Shown here: positions 18,052-25,722 of the stretch, piece by piece
Position numbering within the stretch: the first letter of the stretch is position 1
Layout of the letters: each line of letters starts with the position of its first letter
Sequence record: DRR723986_3278
Strand: one strand, 5' to 3'
DNA: 35,344 nt
Notes under the pieces: generated by a model
Told to the model about the DNA's origin: nothing
Database searches by the model: none
The model's input: only the letters and a program-made list of their open reading frames with translations
Program-made: the position numbers and the translations under genes

Positions 18052-19665
18052 TTACCCGTTTTCTTTGCAGCCTGCGGCAAGGTTCAGCTGTGGGTCAAGC
18101 ACGTTGGTTTGCAAATCAAGCAGCCCCAGCACCGTGTGAAACAGCGCATCTTGCGAGGTGGGCTGGGCCTGGCGTTGGCGCAGGCAATCATGGGTGATGC
18201 CCATGCGCCCTTGGTACGACTGGCCAAGCCAGATGATGAACGGCACTTTTGTTTGCACCTCGGGGGCCAAAAATTTGGGCACACCATGCAAATACAACCC
18301 GCCTTCGCCCAGCGATTCGCCATGATCTGACATATACAGCATGGCGGTATCCACGTTTTGGGCCTGGCCCAGAATATCGATGGTTTGCGACAGCACGTAA
18401 TCGGCCTCGACAATGGTGTTGTCATAGGCATTTACAATCTGCTCTACGGTGCAATCGGCAAATTCGGCGGTATCGCAGGTGGGCTGAAACGGCGCCCGTT
18501 CAGGCAGATAGCGCAGGTAATAGGCGGGGCCGTGGCTGCCGATCATGTGTAAAACCAGCAGCGTGTCTTCTGTGGCCTCGGCCAGTGTTTTGCGGATGAG
18601 CGGCAGAAAGATGGCATCGGTGCATTCCCCGGTTTGGCATGCCTCGCGCGCCCATTCCTCTTGCACGCGGCCCCATTGGTGAAACCGCATCACCGCCTGA
18701 TCGCCGGTGTTATTATCCCACCATTGCACGTTGAAACCGGCCTTGGCGATGGCATCTACCAGGTTTTCCGAGCTGAGATAAGCGGTGCGCGAATAGGCCT
18801 TTTCGCTAAAGGGTGAAAACATGCAGGGCACAGACACATTCGTAAGCGTGCCGCACGCGGTGGTATCCGAGAAATAGACAAGGTCGCGCTTGGCCAGCTC
18901 GGGCGTAGTTTGGCGCGGCCCACCGCCCAGGCCGAAATTTTGCGCCCGGGTCGTTTCGCCGACAAACAGCACAAACACCACGGGTTTATCCGTTTGCGCC
19001 AGCCGCGGCCCGCGTTGAATATCGCTGGCAATCGGCTGCACCTGGGTTTTGATGCCGCCATATTCCAGTTTGATATATTTAAACACCGCCGAAATTGTGG
19101 CGCCTGGTTGATACGAGGCCATCAGCGCCTTGTTTTCGCGAATGGCGGCGGAATAGGTTTTGTAATCGGCGTAAAGAAAGCCCAGCATCACGGCAAAGCC
19201 CAATGCCATGCCAGCGGGCCAGCGCCACAGCTGATGCACCAAGCGGCGTTTTTGCACGGGCGCTTTCAGCACCAAAATCGCCGGCAAAACACCCGTCAGG
19301 GCAATGGTTGTTACCATATCCAGGGTTAACAGGTGCTTTGATTCTGTTACCGTGGTTTCCAAGATGGTGCGCACCATCTCGCGGTCGATGATCACGCCGA
19401 ATTTGGCCTCGTAAAAACTGGCCGAGGCGGAAACGACAATCAGCAACGCGGCCATCGGCCGCTGCACAGGGCCGGGCGCCAGAAATTCCAGCACAAACAG
19501 CGTCAGCCCCCAAACCGCCCCTGCAAGCCCCAGTGCCGCGATGGTTTCGCCGGGGAAAATACCGCTGAGATGCCCCCAAAACCCGCCGTTCAACACGGCC
19601 ATGATATAGGTGGCCACAGCTGCATTCAGCAGCAACGGGGGAACACCGTTGGAAAAACGAAACAT
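18052..19665 (-). CDS. eptA: Lipid A phosphoethanolamine transferase (EptA/MCR family)
   Basis: N-terminal TM region; VGETTR, CGTLTNVSVPCMFS (catalytic Thr), HMIGSHGPAY, YDNTI, SDHGESLGEGGLYLHG. Confidence 0.92.
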   Translation of the reverse strand: MFRFSNGVPPLLLNAAVATYIMAVLNGGFWGHLSGIFPGETIAALGLAGAVWGLTLFVLEFLAPGPVQRPMAALLIVVSASASFYEAKFGVIIDREMVRTILETTVTESKHLLTLDMVTTIALTGVLPAILVLKAPVQKRRLVHQLWRWPAGMALGFAVMLGFLYADYKTYSAAIRENKALMASYQPGATISAVFKYIKLEYGGIKTQVQPIASDIQRGPRLAQTDKPVVFVLFVGETTRAQNFGLGGGPRQTTPELAKRDLVYFSDTTACGTLTNVSVPCMFSPFSEKAYSRTAYLSSENLVDAIAKAGFNVQWWDNNTGDQAVMRFHQWGRVQEEWAREACQTGECTDAIFLPLIRKTLAEATEDTLLVLHMIGSHGPAYYLRYLPERAPFQPTCDTAEFADCTVEQIVNAYDNTIVEADYVLSQTIDILGQAQNVDTAMLYMSDHGESLGEGGLYLHGVPKFLAPEVQTKVPFIIWLGQSYQGRMGITHDCLRQRQAQPTSQDALFHTVLGLLDLQTNVLDPQLNLAAGCKENG

Positions 19666-19865
19666 GGCACTCCTGATATTTAGTTATGCACCACCTTTTG
19701 GCGCACTGCCATGCCCCCCCTACAGCGGTATCCGCGCGCCGCCAATGTAACTGAGGTTATAGATCCCGATGCTTGCGCAAAAATTTGCCCCCTTGGCGGG
19801 CTAGTCATGCCGCCAGTTTTCAGATTAACCTTTTCCAACGGGTTCACTGCGGGGGGGCAGCAGGC

Positions 19866-20852
19866 ATGCCAAAAGCGGCACTGATTGATGGGCTTCAATA
19901 CGCCAATTGGTCTGAAAAAATTTTTCGGCAAATGCGCCAGGGCGGTGTGGATGCGGTGCATGTTACCATCACCTATCATGAAACATTCCGCGAAACCGTG
20001 GCCAATATTGAAAAATGGAACCGCTGGTTTGAACGCTACCCCGACCTGATTTTTCAGGGCCATAGCGCCGCCGATATTGCGCTGGCCCAGCAAACCGGGC
20101 GCACGGCTATTTTCTTTGGGTCGCAAAACCCCTCGTGTATCGAAGACGATATCGGGCTTGTGCAGGTTTTGCACCAACTTGGCCTGCGCTTTATGCAACT
20201 GAGCTATAACAACCAGTCGCTGCTGGCGACGGGGTGTTACGAAGACGATGATACAGGCCTTACCCGCATGGGCCGCGCCGTTGTGGCCGAAATGAACCGC
20301 GTAGGCGTGGTGGTAGATATGAGCCATTCTGCCCAGCGTTCCACCCTAGAGGCGATTGAACACTCCACCCGGCCCATCGCCATCACCCATGCCAACCCCC
20401 ACAGCTGGCACCCCGCGCTGCGCAACAAAAGCGATGATGTCTTGCGCGCCCTGGGCGAAACCGGGGGCATGCTGGGGTTTTCCATCTATCCTCACCACCT
20501 GCAAAACGGCCCGGCCTGCACCCTGACCAGCTTTTGCGATATGATCGCCCGCACCGCCGATCTGATGGGGCCTGAAAATATCGGTATTGGCACCGATCTG
20601 TGCCAAGATCAGCCCGATAGTGTGGTAGAATGGATGCGTGTCGGGCGCTGGACCAAATCCATCGATTATGGCGAGGGCAGCGCCACCAACCCCGGCTTTC
20701 CGCCCATGCCAGATTGGTTTCAAGACAACCGCCATTTCGGCGCCATTCGTCAGGGCCTGCGGGCCAGCGGGCTGGATGATGCCGCGATAGATGGTGTGAT
20801 GGGCGAAAACTGGCGCCGGTTTTTTGCCCACAGCTTTCAGCCCCAGCCCTAA
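19866..20852 (+). CDS. Membrane dipeptidase (M19) family amidohydrolase with atypical metal site
   Basis: QLSYNNQS, GLTRMGRAVVAEMNRVGVVVDMSH, ITHANP, RNKSD, IGIGTD, MGENWRR. Start placed at ATG 19866 (MPKAALIDGLQY). Confidence 0.9.
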   Translation: MPKAALIDGLQYANWSEKIFRQMRQGGVDAVHVTITYHETFRETVANIEKWNRWFERYPDLIFQGHSAADIALAQQTGRTAIFFGSQNPSCIEDDIGLVQVLHQLGLRFMQLSYNNQSLLATGCYEDDDTGLTRMGRAVVAEMNRVGVVVDMSHSAQRSTLEAIEHSTRPIAITHANPHSWHPALRNKSDDVLRALGETGGMLGFSIYPHHLQNGPACTLTSFCDMIARTADLMGPENIGIGTDLCQDQPDSVVEWMRVGRWTKSIDYGEGSATNPGFPPMPDWFQDNRHFGAIRQGLRASGLDDAAIDGVMGENWRRFFAHSFQPQP

Positions 20853-20876
20853 CCCTGCCTGCAAAGGTGCCATGCC

Positions 20877-22550
20877 ATGACACAGCCCCACAGCCAGCCG
20901 GCCACCCCTCGCAGCTATTACCGCAGCCCGGCACAGGTGATGCGCCTTGCGCGTATGGGCAGTGCGCACCCCATGCGCCTGTCGTTTTTGCGCATTTTGC
21001 TGCGCCGTGTGGCGCAAGAAAACTGGCGGTTTGAACGCCAGCTTTGGCAGGTTGATGCGCGCGGTGTGGGCCGTGCGGTATATTGCGCCCATGGGCCACA
21101 GCGCAGCTATAGCTTGGTGGCCTTTGCCCATGATCTGCCCGATCACATGCGATCAGACCGGGTGATTGCCACCGCTTGGGATGCCACATTTACCCTGTTC
21201 GATGGTGTGCCCAGCCCCCAAGATCTGGACCGCCTGCAAGAAAACGTGCCCCTGCAAGAGGCAGGCCGCATCGGCCCGCGCGAGCTGACGCTAAGCCGGG
21301 CTAACCGCTCGGTTCGGCTGTTTTCCCATGTTGTTGGTGCCTTGGCGCAGGGCCAGCAGCCCGATTTGGCCGAATTGCAAGATGTGGGCTACCTGATGCG
21401 CACAACGGCCGTCTATGGCGCTGGTAAATTCGGCGCCGCCGACCGCGCGGCAATTGCCCAGCGCCCGGAAATGGCCGCGCCCTTTCAGGCCGAAATGCTA
21501 ACGGTTTGGCTGATACGCTGGTTTACGGTGGATATCGTCAATCATCTGGCGGCCCAGCAGGGGGGCGCGCAGGCGGTGGCCTTGGCGCCTGAATTGTGCC
21601 GCCAATTGGGGGTGGGCAATTCCACCGGCCTTGGCATGGCACCGTTTTTGGTGCGCCACCCAGTGCTGCTGAACAACTGGATCTTTGCCCGCGAAGAGGC
21701 GCTGGCGCGGGTGCGTGCCCTGCCTATCGCCACGCCTGCACAGCTGGCAGGGCTGCAGGCCGCCTTGGCCGATGCCCAGGAAAACGCCAGCACTTGGCGC
21801 TCGTCACATCCTGTGCAGGTTCAAAAGCTGGCCAGCCTTAGGGCCGATTTGACCCGTATTAGAGACTATATTGAAACCTGGCCCAGCCATGCGCCCCAGC
21901 CGTGGAATGCGCTGTGGCATTGGGGCGAAGCCACCCTTAGCCTAGAGGGGCAAGAGGCGCTGTTGGCCCTGATGCTAGAGCCGCATGGCGATTTGGTCGA
22001 TGGTTTGGCAGAGTGCCTCAGCGCCGACGAGCAGGCCAGTTTTCGCATCAACGGCGCCCTGCCTTTGGGCCAGCTACGCCAGATTTTGGCGCAGCATTAC
22101 GCATGGGCGCTGCGCATCGATTATTCGCAACCGGCACAGATGGCCCGGTTTTGGTATGTCTCCGAAGAAAAGCTAGAGCCGCGCCTGGGCGATCGCCACG
22201 CCGAGCCGGGTGCCGAGCTGGAACAGCCCCTGGCCATCGCCCATTTGGTGCAGGCGCTTTGGGCCGATCTGCAGGCGCAGCCCGATACCATGCCTTTGGC
22301 CAGTTTCCTGATGGCCCATCCGCAGCACCGTTTGGTGGTGCGCCGGGTGCTGCGTGCGCCCAGCCATCCCTTTGCCGAGGTGCAAGATAACCTGATCGCC
22401 GATACGATGCTGCCGATTGATTTGATGCGTTGCAAACTGGCGTTTTTTGGCGCCAGCCATTTTGACCCGCGCTCAGATAAATGGGTGCGCATCAGCCTGT
22501 TTCGCGGCATGCCCTACCCCACAGAGCTGGCCCAAGGTGCCCTGGCATGA
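20877..22550 (+). CDS. Conserved hypothetical protein (557 aa), no recognisable domain
   Basis: Long ORF with normal codon usage, 24 bp after the M19 gene, with an ATGA overlap into the next gene. Enzyme-like blocks: MRTTAVYGAGKFG, GVGNSTGLGMAPFL, FWYVSEEKLEPRLG, FDPRSDKWVRI. Confidence 0.85.
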   Translation: MTQPHSQPATPRSYYRSPAQVMRLARMGSAHPMRLSFLRILLRRVAQENWRFERQLWQVDARGVGRAVYCAHGPQRSYSLVAFAHDLPDHMRSDRVIATAWDATFTLFDGVPSPQDLDRLQENVPLQEAGRIGPRELTLSRANRSVRLFSHVVGALAQGQQPDLAELQDVGYLMRTTAVYGAGKFGAADRAAIAQRPEMAAPFQAEMLTVWLIRWFTVDIVNHLAAQQGGAQAVALAPELCRQLGVGNSTGLGMAPFLVRHPVLLNNWIFAREEALARVRALPIATPAQLAGLQAALADAQENASTWRSSHPVQVQKLASLRADLTRIRDYIETWPSHAPQPWNALWHWGEATLSLEGQEALLALMLEPHGDLVDGLAECLSADEQASFRINGALPLGQLRQILAQHYAWALRIDYSQPAQMARFWYVSEEKLEPRLGDRHAEPGAELEQPLAIAHLVQALWADLQAQPDTMPLASFLMAHPQHRLVVRRVLRAPSHPFAEVQDNLIADTMLPIDLMRCKLAFFGASHFDPRSDKWVRISLFRGMPYPTELAQGALA

Positions 22551-23221
22551 GCAAGGCTGCGCTGCTGTCATTATCGCTGACCGAGGCCGATGCCCTGGCC
22601 CAAAAGGCCGCGCGCGGTGCGGGCCTTGGCTGGGGCATGGCCGAAGAGGCGGGATATGCTGTGCGCTGGTTATCTGCGCATGGCGCCGATGGGCTGGGTG
22701 CGTTGCTGGCGTGCCTTACCACCCAGCGCAGCGCGCCCAAGCTGATGCAAGGGCAAATTGCATGGCAGGGCCAGGGGCCGCTTTGCCCGCTGGAAACAGG
22801 CTCTGTTCTGCTGGATAGTGCCGAAATTGAAAATGGCCCCCTATCTGGCACCCTGCTCTTGGCGCCCCTGTGCCAACCGCTGTTGCTGCTGCCATTTTTG
22901 GCACAGGCAAGCGTTGTTTTGGCCCGGCAACTGGTGCTGGCCTATCGCGGTGGCACGGTGGCATTGCCCGCGCCTGCCATTTTGCCTGCGGCGAAGCAGG
23001 CGCTTTGTGGCCCTTTGCAGCTGTCTTTGGCGGGGCCATTGGGGCCAGAATGGCCAGGGCCAAACGCCCCCTTGCCAAACACCCCCTTGCCACAGGGCCG
23101 CGCCACCTGTGATGGGCCAACGCTGGCCGCGCTTGATGCGCTGGCGCTGAAAACCACTGTTCCCGCCACCGAGGCCAGCCGCCACAGCGGGGCAGGGGCG
23201 GGCACCAACGATAACGACTAG
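22547..23221 (+). CDS. DUF3726-like protein
   Basis: SLTEADALAQKAARGAGLGWGMAEEAGYAVRWL, LCPLETG, and C-terminal ALKTTVPATEASR.SGAGAGTNDND, all typical of this family. Confidence 0.8.
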   Translation: MSKAALLSLSLTEADALAQKAARGAGLGWGMAEEAGYAVRWLSAHGADGLGALLACLTTQRSAPKLMQGQIAWQGQGPLCPLETGSVLLDSAEIENGPLSGTLLLAPLCQPLLLLPFLAQASVVLARQLVLAYRGGTVALPAPAILPAAKQALCGPLQLSLAGPLGPEWPGPNAPLPNTPLPQGRATCDGPTLAALDALALKTTVPATEASRHSGAGAGTNDND

Positions 23222-24204
23222 GCGCCTTGGCCCAGCGCCACCAGTTTTTGCCATAGTGCATCGGGCACATCTACGGTTTGGGCTGGCTGTCGGTTCTGCC
23301 CGGGCAGGCGGGCCCCCTCATCGGCGGCCACGGCATCGGCCAGCCGGGCCAGGCGGGTGGTGAACTGATCACCAAAGCTGGTGGTATCGATCAACAAATA
23401 CATCTGCCCCAGCCGGTGGGGCGGGCCATCGGGCAGCTTTAGCCCGCCGACATCCAGCGAATTGACAGAGCCTGTCATCGCGGCGGCCAGCAGTTCTACC
23501 ATAATGCCAAGGCCCCAGCCCTTGTAGCCGCCGGCGCTGCACAGGCTGCCGCGCAAAGCGGCGTCTGGGTCGGTGGTTGGGGCACCGTTTTCATCAACGG
23601 CCCAGCCCAGTGGTATGGGTTCATTTGCGTATTTGGCCATGGTGATCTTGCCCAACGCCACCGCCGATGTGGAGAAATCGAAATGCACAGCCAGCCCACC
23701 TTGGGCATCGGGCACCGACATGGCCATGGGGTTTGTGCCAATGACACGGGTTTTGCCCCCCGGCGCTGCCACCACGGGCGAGGCATTGGTAAAGCCCAGC
23801 CCAATAAGCCCGGCACGCCCGATCTGTTCGGTGAAATAGCCCAAGGATGTGCAGGTATGGCTTTGCGCCACGGCAAACATGGCCACACCATTTTTGCGGG
23901 CGGTCTCAATCGCCAAATCCCGCCCCGTGGCAAAGGCAGGTTGGGCAAAGCCGCATTTGGCATCGGCCAGCACCGCGGCAGGGCGCGGCTGGGTAATGAC
24001 GGGCTGCACCTGCCCATCAACCCGGCCGCTGGCCAGCTGTGTGCAATAGCTTTCCACATACTGCAGGCCACAGATAACATTGCCGTGCTGTTCGGAATGG
24101 GTGGTTGCCTTTGCCACCTCGTCTGCCTGCCATGCGCCTGCGCCATGGGCCAAAAGTGCCTTTTTAGTGACTGAAAAAATATCTTCTGCGTGGCGTTCGG
24201 TCAT
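23218..24204 (-). CDS. Ldh_2 family (malate/L-lactate/sulfolactate/DpkA-type) NAD(P)H oxidoreductase
   Basis: DAKCGFAQ, GTNPMA, DFSTSAVALGKI, IPLGWAVD..GAPTTDP, GGYKGWGL, RLPG. Its stop shares CTAG (23218-23221) with the convergent DUF3726 stop. Confidence 0.9.
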   Translation of the reverse strand: MTERHAEDIFSVTKKALLAHGAGAWQADEVAKATTHSEQHGNVICGLQYVESYCTQLASGRVDGQVQPVITQPRPAAVLADAKCGFAQPAFATGRDLAIETARKNGVAMFAVAQSHTCTSLGYFTEQIGRAGLIGLGFTNASPVVAAPGGKTRVIGTNPMAMSVPDAQGGLAVHFDFSTSAVALGKITMAKYANEPIPLGWAVDENGAPTTDPDAALRGSLCSAGGYKGWGLGIMVELLAAAMTGSVNSLDVGGLKLPDGPPHRLGQMYLLIDTTSFGDQFTTRLARLADAVAADEGARLPGQNRQPAQTVDVPDALWQKLVALGQGA

Positions 24205-24354
24205 GGTTTTTCCTGCTGTTGGGCGGGTGGCATTTCAGGCGCGTTGCCTTTGCACCCAAGGTTAACCGCCAAAGCCCCCCCACCGCAACCAAACTGGCCT
24301 AATCCAGGCCGGGCCTTGGCGGGGGCGGGTTTTGGCCTATCTGCCAACATTGCC

Positions 24355-24391
24355 CGCGCACACACGCACACACACACAGGCGCGCGCGCGC
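24355..24391. repeat. Alternating purine-pyrimidine tract (CA)n/(GC)n
   Basis: CGCGCACACACGCACACACACACA-G-GCGCGCGCGCGC in the divergent intergenic region. Confidence 0.85.
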
Positions 24392-24466
24392 CCCGTGTTT
24401 CTGCTGTCTTGGCAAATCGTGGCAGACAGGGTGCAATGGCCAAAACGCCACCAACAGGAGACACGA

Positions 24467-25612
24467 ATGCGCACTGCCCCACATCTTTTTCAGCCCTTCA
24501 CCTTGCGTGGCATGGTGGCCAAAAACCGCGTGGTTATTTCCCCTATGTGCCAATATTCCGCCCACGAGGGGCATTTGGAAGATTGGCATTTGGTGAATCT
24601 GGGCCGCTTTGCCATGGGTGGGGCAGGGATCATTATAACCGAGGCGACTGCGGTGCAAAAAGATGGCCGTATCACCCATGGCTGCCCCGGCCTGTGGGAT
24701 GATGCGCAGATCATTGGCCATGCCCGTGTTGCGCAGTTTTGCCGCCGAAACGGGGCTGTGGCCGGTATTCAGCTAGGGCATGCAGGGCGCAAATCGGGTA
24801 TGCAACGCCCGTGGTATGGCAATGGCCCGCTGACCGCTGCCGATACCGCCCGGGGCGATATGCCCTGGCCGCCTGTTGGCCCCTCGGCTGTGCCCGTGGC
24901 CGAAGGCTGGCCCGCCGTTCATGCCCTGACATTGCCTGAAATAGAGACGCTTTTGCAAAGCTACGCCACCGCGGCCCGGCGGGCTGTGGCGGCAGGCTAT
25001 CAGCTGATCGAAATTCATGGTGCGCATGGCTATTTGGTGCATAGCTTCCTGTCGCCCCAGTCGAATTTCCGCACCGATGCCTATGGCGGCAGTTTGGAAA
25101 ACCGCATGCGGCTGGCGCTGGATATTGCCCGCACAGTGCGGGGGGCCATTCCTGATGATATCGTGTTGTCGTTCCGCACCTCGGCGGTGGATGGCGACGA
25201 AGAGGGGTGGCAATTGTCTGATACGGTGGTTTTGGCGCAGCAGCTAAAAGCATGTGGTGTAGACCTGATCGATTGCTCATCAGGTGGCATTGCAGGGCCT
25301 GCCACCTCGGCCCGGGGTGGCAAACGGCAGCCGGGCTTTCAGGTGCCTTTCGCCGAAACCGTGCGTGCGCAGGCCGATATGCCCACCATGGCTGTGGGCC
25401 TGATCACCCACCCCCAGCAAGCCGAGGATATTTTGCAAGCGGGCCAGGCCGACCTGATCGCGATTGCCCGCGAGGCGCTGGTAAACCCAATGTGGGCGCT
25501 GCATGCCAGCCAGTATCTGGGCCATGACACCGAATTTTCTGATTGGCCCGCACAATCGGGCTGGTGGTTGAATGTGCGTGCCGGGAATTCGGAATTCTAC
25601 CAGCCAGATTAG
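24467..25612 (+). CDS. NADH:flavin oxidoreductase (Old Yellow Enzyme, YqjM/NamA-like)
   Basis: NRVVISPMCQYSA, QLGHAGRK, EIHGAHGYLVHSFLSP.SN.RTD.YGGSLENRMR, DCSSGG; CAGGAG RBS before ATG 24467. Confidence 0.93.
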   Translation: MRTAPHLFQPFTLRGMVAKNRVVISPMCQYSAHEGHLEDWHLVNLGRFAMGGAGIIITEATAVQKDGRITHGCPGLWDDAQIIGHARVAQFCRRNGAVAGIQLGHAGRKSGMQRPWYGNGPLTAADTARGDMPWPPVGPSAVPVAEGWPAVHALTLPEIETLLQSYATAARRAVAAGYQLIEIHGAHGYLVHSFLSPQSNFRTDAYGGSLENRMRLALDIARTVRGAIPDDIVLSFRTSAVDGDEEGWQLSDTVVLAQQLKACGVDLIDCSSGGIAGPATSARGGKRQPGFQVPFAETVRAQADMPTMAVGLITHPQQAEDILQAGQADLIAIAREALVNPMWALHASQYLGHDTEFSDWPAQSGWWLNVRAGNSEFYQPD

Positions 25613-25722
25613 GCCGCTGCGTCACAGGCTCAATTGTGGGGTCTGTTGAAAATTCTGTTTGGAAAACCCAATCGCTTTTGTCAGGGTGCCCAGCGGAACA
25701 CTGTTTTGGGGCAGGCGGTTAC

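Noticed and set aside
20346-21189. 266-aa and 268-aa ORFs on the - strand
   Set aside because: They overlap the M19 and 557-aa genes on the opposite strand, and their composition is typical of shadow frames.
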